From: Alphaproteobacteria bacterium
Lineage (GTDB): Bacteria; Pseudomonadota; Alphaproteobacteria; UBA828
Reading direction: 5' to 3'
DNA length: 64,000 nt
NCBI GenBank assembly: GCA_965214705.1
Contig: CBDCCI010000002.1
Location: 288,001-352,000, forward strand
The notes beneath the pieces are model-generated. The model did no database searches. It saw nothing but the letters and a program-made list of their open reading frames with translations, and was not told the DNA's origin. Shown piece by piece: positions 50,413-60,669 of the stretch. How positions within the stretch are numbered: position 1 is the first letter of the stretch; each line of letters begins with the position of its first letter. A program made the translations under genes and the position numbers.

Positions 50413-52689
50413 CTAGCCTCCCGATCCCGAACCGCCGCGCAGGCGCCCGGTCAGGCGGCCGCTACCCGCTCTCGCGATGCCGCCGGTAACGGCACCCGCG
50501 AGGCGGCCTGCGCCGTCGTCCCCGCCGCCGGCCCGCCCGCCGATCCACTCCAGGACGGCGGAAGGCAGCAGGTCGATCAGCTTGAAGGCACCGTTCATCA
50601 GCGCGTAGCAGAGCATCACGTAGAGGGTGAGCATCGCGAGAAAGCCGATGGGACCCAGTCCGTCCGAAGCACCCGCGTCCCTCAGCTGCGGCAGCCAGAT
50701 GGCGTTGAGCAGGCCGATCGCCGCGAGGAACACGAAGTAGCCGAGGATGAGGCCGAACAGCATCAGCGGCGGGCGCAGGATCAGGCCCGGCAGGAACAGC
50801 CAGCCCTGGCGTGTCGCGGGCACCATGAGGCCCCGGTCCTGGCCGCGCGTGACGTGGGCTGCGGCGAACACGGTGACGGCGAGCACCGCCTCGACCACGT
50901 TTACCAGCCAGCCGAAGACGCCGAAGAGGAAGCGGATGAAGGGGAGCGCAGGCAGCACGAACGCGAGCACGGCGCCTGCGATCAGCATGAGGCCCAGGAT
51001 GGTGGAAACGAAGCCGTCGGTGACGTGCCAGACGGACTCGAAGGCATCGAGGCCCTTGCCGAAGAAGGGGATCGATTCCAGCAGACCGGAGCCCACGGCG
51101 ACGCCGGAGATCGCGCCGATGGCCCCCAGGGCTGAGGCGATCAGGTCGTAGCCGAAGCCCGCGAGGTCGGCGATCGGGTTGCCGCTGTCGGCGATGACGA
51201 CCGCATCGAGGTCGATGAACTCGAAGAGCCCGGCCACCAGCCCGCCGTCGCCTCCCCCTGCCGAAGAAAGCGTCCCCGCAACCCCGCCGCCTGCGGCAAA
51301 GAACACGGGTTGCCAGGTGCGCGAAGATGCCAGAGCGGCGAGCAGGCCCTTCACCGCCGCGGCCGCGGGCGGCGACCACTCTTCGAGGCTCGGCAGGGGG
51401 AGCGCCGCGTCGGGGACGTTGTGGGCGGCGGCCTGGAAGAGGCCGGTGCGGGACGCGATGGTGTTGAAGAAACCGGCGGCGGCGAGCCACGACGAGCCTG
51501 CGGCGTCCTCGGCGACGGCACGCTCCAGGGCGACCCGCTCCTCGGAAGCGGCCCGGCTCAACGCATCGTCAAGGACGGACTCATAGGACAGCGCGAGGCC
51601 GCGGGCGTTCATGGCAGCCTCGACGTCCGGCAGCGGCCGGCCGTGCACGGGCGAGCCCGGCAGGTAGCGGTCTCCCAGATCGGCGGCGAGGCCGCGCAAG
51701 GCCGGGAGCAGCCCCTCCATGGCGCGCCGATGTCCGTGCGCGGCGATCCCTCTGGACCCTTCGCCGTCGAGGCCGTCGAAGCGCACCGCCCCGCACAGGT
51801 CGCGGGGCATGCCGCGCCCGTCGCCGTCGTAGTGCAGCAGCAACGCGCCGCCTGCGCGCTCGTCGTTCACCTCGATGTAGGGGTCGTCGCCGATACGGCG
51901 CGCATTGGCGTTGGCGACATGCGTGCAGGTCTCGGCCAGCAGCACGCGGGATATGGCCGAGCGCCAGGCGGCGGCCTTGGGACGTGGCGCGATGGGATCG
52001 CCGCGGCCCAGCGCCTGTTCGGAAAAGGGCGTCCACACCGCGCCGGCGAAATCGCCGCCGAGAGTGGCCAGTCCCACCACGGCGTGCTGCGCACCGTTCA
52101 TGCCGCCCGGCAGCGGGGCCATGAGGGCCACCGCCACCACGATCCGCACGATCTCCCAGGCCCCGAACCCCCAGCGGCCGGTGCGGGCCGTGTCGACGGT
52201 TCCAGCCACGGTGTGCCAGAGCAGCAAGAAACCCGCGAGCACCAGCACGCCGCCGTTGAAGACGAAAAGCATGTCGCCCAGCACCGCATGGCGCGCGACA
52301 TCCATGTCGCTCAGGAACCCCAGCAGGTCCCGCGTCGCGTTGTCGGCGGTGGCGAAGATATCGGGATCGATGGTCTGCGCGCCCGCGGAGCGGGTGGCCA
52401 GCCCCGCGGCACCGACGGCCGCCAGGCCCGCGCCCAGGGCCGAGAGCGCGGCACCGAGCAGGACGCGGGGACGCCGATCCCGCTCCAGCAGGCGCCGCCA
52501 GCGCCGCTCCCCGCCGATCACGGGGGAACCCCCTGGTACAGGGGAACTCCCTGGTACAGGGGAACTCCCCGATATCCCGTCCGAAAGCGCCCGGACGCTT
52601 CGGCCGAGACGCCGGGCGGCCTGCCGGACCTCGCCCAGGCTGCGGCCCACCTCGGGCGCGAACAGGAAGCGCAGGATCCGCACGGTCAT
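50413..52689 (-). CDS. dotA: DotA/TraY-family membrane protein
   Basis: GTVDTARTG, SWLAAAGFF, LPALPFIRF...VVEAV...AAHV, LRPPLMLFG, IDLLPSAVLEWIGG. Confidence 0.88.
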   Translation of the reverse strand: MTVRILRFLFAPEVGRSLGEVRQAARRLGRSVRALSDGISGSSPVPGSSPVPGGSPVIGGERRWRRLLERDRRPRVLLGAALSALGAGLAAVGAAGLATRSAGAQTIDPDIFATADNATRDLLGFLSDMDVARHAVLGDMLFVFNGGVLVLAGFLLLWHTVAGTVDTARTGRWGFGAWEIVRIVVAVALMAPLPGGMNGAQHAVVGLATLGGDFAGAVWTPFSEQALGRGDPIAPRPKAAAWRSAISRVLLAETCTHVANANARRIGDDPYIEVNDERAGGALLLHYDGDGRGMPRDLCGAVRFDGLDGEGSRGIAAHGHRRAMEGLLPALRGLAADLGDRYLPGSPVHGRPLPDVEAAMNARGLALSYESVLDDALSRAASEERVALERAVAEDAAGSSWLAAAGFFNTIASRTGLFQAAAHNVPDAALPLPSLEEWSPPAAAAVKGLLAALASSRTWQPVFFAAGGGVAGTLSSAGGGDGGLVAGLFEFIDLDAVVIADSGNPIADLAGFGYDLIASALGAIGAISGVAVGSGLLESIPFFGKGLDAFESVWHVTDGFVSTILGLMLIAGAVLAFVLPALPFIRFLFGVFGWLVNVVEAVLAVTVFAAAHVTRGQDRGLMVPATRQGWLFLPGLILRPPLMLFGLILGYFVFLAAIGLLNAIWLPQLRDAGASDGLGPIGFLAMLTLYVMLCYALMNGAFKLIDLLPSAVLEWIGGRAGGGDDGAGRLAGAVTGGIARAGSGRLTGRLRGGSGSGG
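52522..52570 (+). repeat. 18-bp tandem repeat CCCTGGTACAGGGGAACT inside dotA
   Basis: Two perfect copies (52531-52566) plus a partial copy. Confidence 0.85.
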
Positions 52690-53879
52690 CGCGGCGCCGC
52701 GCCCGGATCGGTGAGGCCGGGCAGCCGGCGCATCTCCTCGGTGGCGAGCGCCAGACGCGCCGCCTCCATGGCCCCCCGGCGCTCGTCGAGCCGATAACGC
52801 TCCCAGCCGAGCATGAGGTCGATGGATTGCAGCATGACAAGCTCGCGCAGCAGGTTGGCCTCGGACATCTCCTGCAGCGCGACGAACCTGTTGGGGTCCT
52901 CGAAGCGGCGGCTCGCCAGCAGCTCCATCAACTCGTAGCGGCTCACGGGCGCTTCCGGGTCGCGGCCGCTTTCCGGCGCAACCGCGCGCGCCCATGCGCC
53001 GAGACCGGCGCCGGGGGCGCGCCGGCTCCTGGCCTGAGCGAACCAGTCGGCGGCCAGCGCCGTGCGCGCGTCGGCCGCACGGGCCAGCAGCACCAGCCGT
53101 CGCTCCCGGTCGGTCTCGGCGGACGCCAGCGGCAGCGGGTCGTGCACCACCGGCGCAGCCAGATTGCGGGAGAGCTCGATGGCGGCGTGCAGTTCTTCCT
53201 CGCTGCCGAAGGTGCGGCGATCGAGGAGCGTCCCCGGCCTGAGGTCGGCGCCGTGCCATGCGTCCTCACCACTGCACGCGTCCTCGCCGGCCCGGCCGGG
53301 GCTGCAATACGTCCCGGTGACGACATCGAAGCGGGCAGCGCCGTCGGCGGCGCTGCCGGCTTCCGCCACCACCGCCCGGTCGCTGACGATACGGCCGGTC
53401 TCGATCTCCTGCGCCGCCGCGCCGGCATACTCCGCCGCGTCTCGCGCCGCCCCCAGACCGGCCAGCCCCGTGACCGCGGCGCAGGCGCTCCGGCTGGGGC
53501 GGTGCGCGTTCATGGAGCGGGTCTCTTCCACCTCGCGGGAAGTCTGGGCCTGCAGGCGGGTCTGGGCGTCCAGCGCCTGGGTCAGCGCCTTCGTGCCCTG
53601 CGCGGTGTAGCCCGAGAGCTGCCCGGTCTGGAGCCTGAGCGCCTCGATGATTGCGCGCTCCATGGCGTCGATCTCGCCCGTCAAGACCCGGATCGCCCGG
53701 CTGGCCTCGGCGCGGTCGTTGTCGGTGCGGTCGCAGGCGTGGCCCAGCGCCGGCGCCGACGGCAACAGCGCCGACGCCACCGCGACAAATATCGCGCACG
53801 CCATGCCTGCGAACCTGGCCGCCCGCGGAAGCGAAGCCGAAACGCTCATCCTCCGCGCCCTTGCCGCACCGGCAGTCAT
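52686..53879 (-). CDS. Secreted T4BSS component (TraW/IcmX-like)
   Basis: Signal peptide; SRRFEDP...LQEMSEANLLRELV; position before dotA. Confidence 0.6.
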   Translation of the reverse strand: MTAGAARARRMSVSASLPRAARFAGMACAIFVAVASALLPSAPALGHACDRTDNDRAEASRAIRVLTGEIDAMERAIIEALRLQTGQLSGYTAQGTKALTQALDAQTRLQAQTSREVEETRSMNAHRPSRSACAAVTGLAGLGAARDAAEYAGAAAQEIETGRIVSDRAVVAEAGSAADGAARFDVVTGTYCSPGRAGEDACSGEDAWHGADLRPGTLLDRRTFGSEEELHAAIELSRNLAAPVVHDPLPLASAETDRERRLVLLARAADARTALAADWFAQARSRRAPGAGLGAWARAVAPESGRDPEAPVSRYELMELLASRRFEDPNRFVALQEMSEANLLRELVMLQSIDLMLGWERYRLDERRGAMEAARLALATEEMRRLPGLTDPGAAPR

Positions 53880-54436
53880 TGCCCGCCTCCCACGATGCTG
53901 CGAAACAGCGGAACTCGCTGGTACAGGGGAACGCCCTGGTCCAGCGGAACTCGCCGGTCCAGGGGAACGCCCCGGTCGCGCCCGGCGCTCCTCGTGCGGG
54001 CCGCCGATTCGGCCGCCCGCACCGGCTCAAGGCCGGGCAGACGGGGGATGCGGGAGGTGTAGAGGGCGGCGTCGAGCGGACGGCCGAGGTAGCCCCGGTA
54101 GGCTTCCCTGGCCGCAGCGCAGATGCGCCGCTGCACCAGCCCCAGCAGGTCCGTCATGCCGCGTCCCGGATCGAAGAGGATGTCGAAGCGCCGGAAGTCG
54201 AAGAGGTCGTCCGTGCAGGAGAAGTCGAGGATCGAGTCCGGGTCGCGGATGCCCTGGTCGGGATGGCGCAGGACGGCCACGTCTCGCTGTACGCCGATGC
54301 GCGCCCCTTCCGCCAGCGCCCGTTCCACCTCCGGTGCGCAGTCCGCCCCGGCGTGCGTCTCTCCATCCGCAGACACCGGCGTCGACCAGAGGGACAGCGC
54401 CAGCACCGACGCCAGGAGAGCCGACCGGCTACTCAT
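53876..54436 (-). CDS. Secreted Cys-containing conjugation protein
   Basis: Signal peptide; three spaced Cys; overlaps neighbours. Confidence 0.6.
   Translation of the reverse strand: MSSRSALLASVLALSLWSTPVSADGETHAGADCAPEVERALAEGARIGVQRDVAVLRHPDQGIRDPDSILDFSCTDDLFDFRRFDILFDPGRGMTDLLGLVQRRICAAAREAYRGYLGRPLDAALYTSRIPRLPGLEPVRAAESAARTRSAGRDRGVPLDRRVPLDQGVPLYQRVPLFRSIVGGGQ
53906..53977 (+). repeat. Degenerate 18-bp tandem repeat, same motif as in dotA
   Basis: CGCTGGTACAGGGGAACG CCCTGGTCCAGCGGAACT CGCCGGTCCAGGGGAACG. Confidence 0.85.
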
Positions 54437-55421
54437 GGCCGTCCCCGCCGCCGTCGGACGGGCGGACGATACCGGCATCCGCGCCCTCGCCCTCTCCGCC
54501 GATCTCCGTGCGGGCCTCGCCGCCCTGTTCGGCGCCGGGGGCGGCTTCTTCGTCCGCGGTCCCCGCTTGCCCGGCTGCGCCGGGTTCCGGTCCGGGCTCG
54601 ACGCTCCCTTCGCCTGCGGCGTCGCCGGCAGGGACAAGAGCAAGAGCTGCCTGTTCGCCGGCGCCGGCCGCATCGCCTGTCTCGCCGGCCGGCTCTTTGG
54701 CAGCGACGGCGGCGACGGTGGATGCGGTGTCGTCCCGCCGGTCCGCATCGCCGCCGGACGTGCCGCTCCCTGCGCGGATCGAAGAATTCGTGTCGGCCGT
54801 GCCGCCGGCTCCGGCGTCCGCGGCCGGGTCGTCGCCCTCATCGGCTTTGCCGCCGCCGGTCTCCCCTTGCCCCGCGGAAGCGTTGCCGGCTGCGCCGTTC
54901 CCGGCATCGGCCCGGCCGGCCGGCATGGCGGCTTCGCCCGCGCCGCCTTGAGCATTGGCGTCCGAAGCGGCGGTCGCCGCCGTGCCGGCAGGTTCCGCCT
55001 CCGCCGGCTTCGCCGCCCCTGCGGGCGCGGCTCCGCCGGGCGGCTCGTCGTCTCCGCCGCTATCGTCCGGCCCCCGCCGGCGCTGCTCCAGCACGTTCAC
55101 CTGCGCCTGCGGCCCGGACACCACGATCTCCGTGATCCGCCGCTCGGCGCCCCTCCTGTCCCGCCAGGACCGCGTGGCGATGCGGCCCTCGACCAGCACC
55201 CGGTCGCCCTTGCGCACCAGCTTCCTCGCCGCCTCGGCCGCTTCGCCGTACGCCACCACGGCGTGCCACTGGGTGTCCTCGCCGTCCGTGCCGTCCCTGC
55301 GCCGGAAGCGCTCGGTCGTGGCCAGGCTGAACAGCGCCACGTCGCCGCCGGAGGTCAGCTTTCGCATCTCGGGGTTGCGTCCGGCGTAGCCCAGCAGGGT
55401 CGCCCTGTTCATTGTCAGCAT
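54429..55421 (-). CDS. ssb: SSB with ~200-aa acidic low-complexity tail
   Basis: MNRATLLGYAGRNPE...TQWHAVV...KGDRVLVEGRIATR; tail lacks IPF. Confidence 0.85.
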   Translation of the reverse strand: MLTMNRATLLGYAGRNPEMRKLTSGGDVALFSLATTERFRRRDGTDGEDTQWHAVVAYGEAAEAARKLVRKGDRVLVEGRIATRSWRDRRGAERRITEIVVSGPQAQVNVLEQRRRGPDDSGGDDEPPGGAAPAGAAKPAEAEPAGTAATAASDANAQGGAGEAAMPAGRADAGNGAAGNASAGQGETGGGKADEGDDPAADAGAGGTADTNSSIRAGSGTSGGDADRRDDTASTVAAVAAKEPAGETGDAAGAGEQAALALVPAGDAAGEGSVEPGPEPGAAGQAGTADEEAAPGAEQGGEARTEIGGEGEGADAGIVRPSDGGGDGHE

Positions 55422-58400
55422 CGTTCCGGTCTCCTTTCTCCGGTGGTTGGATCGGTCAATACGTTCCGTTGCACCGCGGCGGCAGGGCCGGCCCCGGCGG
55501 TCCGCGGCCTTCCCCCGGACCGGGGCGTTTCCCGGTCATCCGCCAGCTCGTCCACGAGCCTCTCCAGCAGATCGCTCTCGGACGCCGCGACCCTGGCGCC
55601 GCGCAGCTCCAGCCGGCGCAGCTCGGCCTCGATCCAGGTCCGGGCGCTACCCGTGGGGAAGCGCCTGGCCAGTGCCGCGCGCGCTTCCGCCGGAGCGAGA
55701 CGGGCGTGCAGCCGCTCGCGGAGAGCAGCGTCGCGCGGCGAGGTGGTGAGCGCCCAGAGCTCCACCGGCCCCGGCGCGTTCACCGCCACCTGCTCGAAGC
55801 GGCCCCGGGCATCGGTGGCGATCAGCAGGGCGGGCGCCCCGTCGGCCCCCGGTCCGGTGAGGCGGAAGCGCACCGCCTCCGTGACCGTCTCGCTCAGCTC
55901 GAACACCCGCGCGAGCGACTCCATCTCCCCCGCCTTGCCGCCCGCGCCCAGCACCCAGATGCGGTTGGCGAGCTCCACCAGGGCGTCGCCGAAGTCGTCG
56001 AGACGCTGGGAAGCGAGGCAAAGCCTGACATGGTGCTTGCGCGCCTCGCGGGCGTCGCGCTCCACCTGCGCGCGTACAGCCAGCGCGGAGCCGGTGCGGT
56101 GGAACTCGTCGAAGGCGAGGCGCTTCGGGGTCTCGCGGATCTGACGCAGGCGGCTGCGGTGCCACTCGCGGAAGCGCTCGGGCATAAGGTCGATATCCTC
56201 CCCGGCGATCCACCAATGGCGGGTGAGCGCGTGGCGGGCGAGCATGTAGAAGGCGGCGGTCTGGCGGTCGGCCTCGGCCGAGCCCCTCGGCGCCACCTCG
56301 CGCAGGTCGATGGCCGCCACCCTGGCGGCGCCGGTATCGAAGGCGGTGGGGGCGAACATCGCGGGCCACGAGCCCGCGAGCGCGGTGAGGATGCGGATGA
56401 ACGCCTGCGTCACGGTCTCGCCGCCCGTTCCGTGCCGGGCATCGCCCACGAGGCCCTGAACCGCGGGCTCGCGCACCGCCGAGAGGAAATCTCCCAGCAC
56501 CGGCACCGCGTAACGCTGGGCGCGGGAGGCTGAGACCGGATCGCCCGCGTCGAACAGCGCGTCCACCACGTCCCACCAGGGAAGCTCCGAAGGAGCCAGG
56601 CCCGCACGCTCCAGAGCCCCGTCCACGTCCCGGTCCCGGCCGGGCGCGTAGACGTTGGGCTCCGCGCCCGCGATCCGGTCGGAGCGGAGCGCATAGGCGC
56701 CCGCGATCGTGGGACCGATCAGCTCGCGCATGCCGTCCGGCACCCCTGCGGCGCCGGCTGGGGTCAGGATCAGCCCCAGCAGGTTCTCCAGAAAGGCGCG
56801 CTCGGCCGGAAGGGGCGCGCGGCAGCCGAGCTGCGTGTCGCAGGGGTTGATGGCGCATCCGGCGCTCATGCGGAGCGGGAACCAGCCGGCCTCCGCCCGG
56901 CGCTCCGGCGGCAGGGCCTCGCGGATCAGCGAGATCAGGCCGGAGGACGAGGGGCCGATGTCGATGGTGGCGGCCAGCGGCAGCCGCGCCGGGCCGGTCT
57001 GAAGCACGTGGGCGAGGGTGAGGCTGTTCATCAGCACCGACTTGCCGCGCCCCGGGATGCCGTGGATCAGCTCGAAGCCGTGGTCCTCGCCGTCTTCGCA
57101 GGACCAGGGCAGCATCTTGCCGTCGGGCGCCCGGAACAGGTGGTTGACGGCCGACCAGGGCGTTCCCCTGCGGCGCGCGAGCGGCGCGGGGCGGCAGACG
57201 GGCAGCAGGCGTAGCGCCTCCGAAAGCGGCGCGAGCGCAGGTTCTGCGGTGCCGCCGCAGCAGAAGCCCGGGACCGAGGATGCGAAGGCCTCCAGGGGAT
57301 CGCCCACCAGGGCCGAGAACACGCACTCGCCCCAGCCCTCGGCGATCTGCTGCAGGCGCCCCAGGCGGCGCGCCAGCTCCTCTTCTCCCTCTTCGGGACT
57401 CACCCACGTCAGCATGCCGAGGCGCAGGCGAACCACGGCCTGCGCGGCCGCGTCCTGCTCGGCGAGGGCGCGCATGGCGTCGCGCACGGCGCGGCTGTCG
57501 GGATGGGAGAAGGCGAGGAAGGCGGATGCGACGTGCGCCACGGCAGCGCCCAGGCGGCGCAGTCCGCCGCCCTCGATCAGGATGGAGAAGCGGCAGGGGA
57601 TGCCGGCCTCCGCCAGCCCTTCCATGAGCTCCGCGAAGGGCGGCGCGCGCCTTGGTCCCAACACCATGTCCAGTGCGCCGTAGAGGCGGCCGCCCATGCG
57701 GATGCCGCTGTCTGCGCGCACCGGATCGCGGACCAGGATCTGCGGCGCCAGCGGCGGCGGGAAGGCCCCCGCCTCCGGCGGCTCGGTCACCCGTGCCGGG
57801 GCATCGTTGGCGACGGTCACCGGACGCCAGTCCGGCGCGGTCGTATCCGAACCGTTGAGCAGCACCCGCATGGTGCGCAGCGCTGCATCGTCGCCGAGGC
57901 GTTCCGCGACCATGCCCGTCTCGCCGAAGAGCGCCGCCAGGGTGTCCGTGAGCGCCCGGTGGCGCGCCTCCAGCCCGTCGAGCACGGCATGGGGGCACTG
58001 GGACTCGCCCGGCTCGGGCAGCCAGCCCTTCGTGCGTGCCCGCAGCCGTTTGCGGCCGCGCCTGGCCTCCGCTGCGGTCAGGCACGCGGGCCGGGTCCAG
58101 CAGGCGAGCGTCATGGTCTCCGCGGCGAGGAGGGGCGCGAGACAACGTGCCCGCTCGTCGAGAACGTCGCGCAACTCGAGACCCAGCCGCACCGCCTGCC
58201 TCCCGGCCCGCGCGCAGACGTCCTCGACTTGCGACTCCGCTTCGTCCGGGGCCCGCTCCAGCATCAGGTGGAGCGCATGGCCGGGTTCGGCGAGCCGGCT
58301 GTTGAGGCGGCGGCAGGCCACCTCGACGAAGCGCTCCAGCTCGGCCGGCCCGGTCATGGAGCGTGCCCCGTCGATGAGGAACAGCGACACCAGCGAGCCG

Positions 58401-58516
58401 TCGGAGCAGGCCAGAAGCCCACCGCCCACGGCCGCCCGCGGCAGCAGAAAACTCTCCAGCGGCTTGCGCCGGAGCGTCCAGCCCGCCGCCAGCGCGTCCT
58501 CGAGAGCGCGGTGCAT
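55415..58516 (-). CDS. icmB: IcmB/DotO/TraU VirB4-like ATPase
   Basis: GIPGRGKS, IDIGPSSSG, INPCDTQLGCR, PKRLAFDEFHR, ELWALTT. Confidence 0.92.
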   Translation of the reverse strand: MHRALEDALAAGWTLRRKPLESFLLPRAAVGGGLLACSDGSLVSLFLIDGARSMTGPAELERFVEVACRRLNSRLAEPGHALHLMLERAPDEAESQVEDVCARAGRQAVRLGLELRDVLDERARCLAPLLAAETMTLACWTRPACLTAAEARRGRKRLRARTKGWLPEPGESQCPHAVLDGLEARHRALTDTLAALFGETGMVAERLGDDAALRTMRVLLNGSDTTAPDWRPVTVANDAPARVTEPPEAGAFPPPLAPQILVRDPVRADSGIRMGGRLYGALDMVLGPRRAPPFAELMEGLAEAGIPCRFSILIEGGGLRRLGAAVAHVASAFLAFSHPDSRAVRDAMRALAEQDAAAQAVVRLRLGMLTWVSPEEGEEELARRLGRLQQIAEGWGECVFSALVGDPLEAFASSVPGFCCGGTAEPALAPLSEALRLLPVCRPAPLARRRGTPWSAVNHLFRAPDGKMLPWSCEDGEDHGFELIHGIPGRGKSVLMNSLTLAHVLQTGPARLPLAATIDIGPSSSGLISLIREALPPERRAEAGWFPLRMSAGCAINPCDTQLGCRAPLPAERAFLENLLGLILTPAGAAGVPDGMRELIGPTIAGAYALRSDRIAGAEPNVYAPGRDRDVDGALERAGLAPSELPWWDVVDALFDAGDPVSASRAQRYAVPVLGDFLSAVREPAVQGLVGDARHGTGGETVTQAFIRILTALAGSWPAMFAPTAFDTGAARVAAIDLREVAPRGSAEADRQTAAFYMLARHALTRHWWIAGEDIDLMPERFREWHRSRLRQIRETPKRLAFDEFHRTGSALAVRAQVERDAREARKHHVRLCLASQRLDDFGDALVELANRIWVLGAGGKAGEMESLARVFELSETVTEAVRFRLTGPGADGAPALLIATDARGRFEQVAVNAPGPVELWALTTSPRDAALRERLHARLAPAEARAALARRFPTGSARTWIEAELRRLELRGARVAASESDLLERLVDELADDRETPRSGGRPRTAGAGPAAAVQRNVLTDPTTGERRPERC

Positions 58517-58524
58517 CGCCGTTC

Positions 58525-58965
58525 TCAGAGCTTGGGCCGGGCCACGGTCTGGACCGCACCGCCCAGGCCGAAGGTGTCGCCGAGGCCGTTGATCACCGCA
58601 GGTGCCGCGATCAGCGCTACGCCGATAAGGATGGCGATGAGCCCGGAGCCCAGGGTGGTCTGCTGCGGGTGGTCGACGTGGCGCTTGAGCTTCAAGAGCC
58701 CGAAGCCGGCGACGGCGGCACCCACGATGTAGAAGCCGATGGCGAGCAGCGCGGGCACCGCGTCGAGGTCCGCCGCCGCCTTGTCGGCCATGTCGCCGAG
58801 CGATACCGCCAGCGCGGGCTGCGCGGCGAGAAACCATACGGTCCCGAGGACCGCCAGTGCAGCGGCCCGCAGGGGTGCGGCCGCCCGCAGGGGCGCGGCC
58901 ATCCGCAGGGATGTAGCCGTCCGCAGGGGTGTGCCCACCCGCAGGGGTGCGATCGCGATGGTCAT
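58525..58965 (-). CDS. Pilin-like IcmD/TraR-type membrane protein
   Basis: AAGGAG RBS; leader plus two TM helices; GLLKLKRH..HPQQ. Confidence 0.7.
   Translation of the reverse strand: MTIAIAPLRVGTPLRTATSLRMAAPLRAAAPLRAAALAVLGTVWFLAAQPALAVSLGDMADKAAADLDAVPALLAIGFYIVGAAVAGFGLLKLKRHVDHPQQTTLGSGLIAILIGVALIAAPAVINGLGDTFGLGGAVQTVARPKL
58867..58952 (+). repeat. Five 18-bp degenerate repeats (CCGCAGGG...) in the pilin leader
   Basis: Period 18 at 58867, 58885, 58903, 58921, 58939; encodes xxPLRx units. Confidence 0.8.
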
Positions 58966-58976
58966 GGTCGTCTCCT

Positions 58977-59513
58977 TCATGTGATCCGCAGAACCTGGAT
59001 GCCGAGGCTGGTCTGCACCGCCCCGATCAGGCTCTCGATGTGCCAGGCGCAGACCCCGCCCAGCATGTGCATGGCGGCCCGCCCGGCGCTCGCGCCGGGT
59101 ACCCCGTCCGCTGCCGCGCTCAGCACGAATGCGCCGCGCAGGAAGGCCAGCAGCCCGACCCAGCCCACGACGGTGAGCACCGCGCCGATGAGCGCGTCGT
59201 AGTCGGCGCCCCGCCGGGAGTGGTGCCCGAGGCTGGCGGAGGCTGCGGTTCCCTGCCCGAACAGGCTCTCGCCGCCGGCGGCGAGCCACGAGGGGAAGCT
59301 CGCCATCACCAGGCAGACCAGGAAGCAGAGCGCCGTGCCAGCGCCGGACGGTCCGTTGAAGCGGTCCTCCGAGAGCCGCAGCAGGCGCGCGCATCCCTGG
59401 ACGAACGCCAGCAGCGCAAGCAGGTAGCAGGCCGCTGCGATCAGCCCCATCAGCGCGGGATCGAGGTCCCGCACGAGGGAGATCATCGCGCCTCCGAGGT
59501 CATTCCCCTGCAT
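58977..59513 (-). CDS. IcmC/DotE/TraQ-like membrane protein
   Basis: Four TM segments; VGLLAFLRG...HMLGG. Confidence 0.75.
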   Translation of the reverse strand: MQGNDLGGAMISLVRDLDPALMGLIAAACYLLALLAFVQGCARLLRLSEDRFNGPSGAGTALCFLVCLVMASFPSWLAAGGESLFGQGTAASASLGHHSRRGADYDALIGAVLTVVGWVGLLAFLRGAFVLSAAADGVPGASAGRAAMHMLGGVCAWHIESLIGAVQTSLGIQVLRIT

Positions 59514-60669
59514 CGGCCCTCTCCCGCCGGCCAAGGTCCGGCGCCTTTCCCGGCGCTCTCGCGAAGTCGCGAGCCACCATGACCACCAGGGGCGTGTCGC
59601 GGGGGATGCGGACCGTGGTCTCCTTCGGCGCGTCCGCCATAAGTATGTCGCCCAGGGTGCGCGCAGCGGCGCCGGCACCCGCATGGAGCGCCTCGCGCTC
59701 GCCGGCGGCACCGCGCTCGTGGAAGATCGTCCCGTCCTGCATGGTGAGGGTTCTGGCCGGCGCGGCGACGGCGGTGAGAAAACCCTCCGCGAATCGCGCC
59801 GCCGCGGGAAGCAGGACGCGGGACACGAAGTGCCGGTCGACCTCGCCCTCGATCCCGTAGCAGGCGCAGTTCGGGTCCACCGCCCAGGCGTCGAGCGGGA
59901 AGGTCCGGCCCCGCCAGGTCAGACTGGCGAGGCGCAGCACCAGCCTCTGGCGCACGCGCTCGAAGCCGCCGTGCGCGACCGCGCCGGCGAGTGGCGGCTG
60001 CAGGATCTCCAGCACCACCGGGCCGGGATAGTCCGAGTCCACGGCGTAAAGGGTGCGCGCGTAGAGCCCGGTCCCGGCTGCGACATGCGGCAGCCTCGGG
60101 CCGTCCGGAGCCGCCCTTTCCGCGCTGCGGCCGGCAGCCGCGCCGCCGCGGTCCCGGGGAGCCGCGTAGCGCAGGCTCACGATCTGCGGCGGCCGGGACC
60201 ACTCCTCCAGGAGCACGGCGACCAGCGCAGCCAGACCGTCGCCAGCGTCCGTGCTGCGCCTGTCCGGCCGCGACGTGCTCTCGTACACGGCGCGGGGCCG
60301 CACATCCACCCCTTCGGGCTCGCCCGCAGTCCCGGTGCGCCCCGTCCAGCGGTCTCCCGGGTTCGGCTCACCCATCTCCCCGATGTCCTGGCCCTCTCCC
60401 GGCGCCTGCCCGGTGCCGTGGAACGTCGACATGAAGGAGTCGCCGCGCGCCCGGGCTTGCTCCCGACGCTGCCCGTCGCGCCGGTCGAGCGTGTCCTCGT
60501 AGGCCGGCGACAGCGGATCTTCGGGGTTCAGGCTCACTCCGCGGTTGTCAGGCATCTGCGGCCAGGCAGGCGCGGCACAGGCCAGCATCAGGAACAATGC
60601 AGCCAGGGCCGCTCCCAACAGCCGGCCCCTGTGGGCGGCCGATGCTGCAACAGGTGCTCTGGCGTTCAT
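59500..60669 (-). CDS. dotG: DotG/IcmE/TraO (VirB10-like)
   Basis: AGTGLYA...VDSDYPGPV...GEVDRHF. Confidence 0.82.
   Translation of the reverse strand: MNARAPVAASAAHRGRLLGAALAALFLMLACAAPAWPQMPDNRGVSLNPEDPLSPAYEDTLDRRDGQRREQARARGDSFMSTFHGTGQAPGEGQDIGEMGEPNPGDRWTGRTGTAGEPEGVDVRPRAVYESTSRPDRRSTDAGDGLAALVAVLLEEWSRPPQIVSLRYAAPRDRGGAAAGRSAERAAPDGPRLPHVAAGTGLYARTLYAVDSDYPGPVVLEILQPPLAGAVAHGGFERVRQRLVLRLASLTWRGRTFPLDAWAVDPNCACYGIEGEVDRHFVSRVLLPAAARFAEGFLTAVAAPARTLTMQDGTIFHERGAAGEREALHAGAGAAARTLGDILMADAPKETTVRIPRDTPLVVMVARDFARAPGKAPDLGRRERADAGE

Noticed and set aside
52522-53977. 18-bp repeats as a CRISPR array
   Set aside because: No spacers, located inside coding sequence, and no cas genes in the window.
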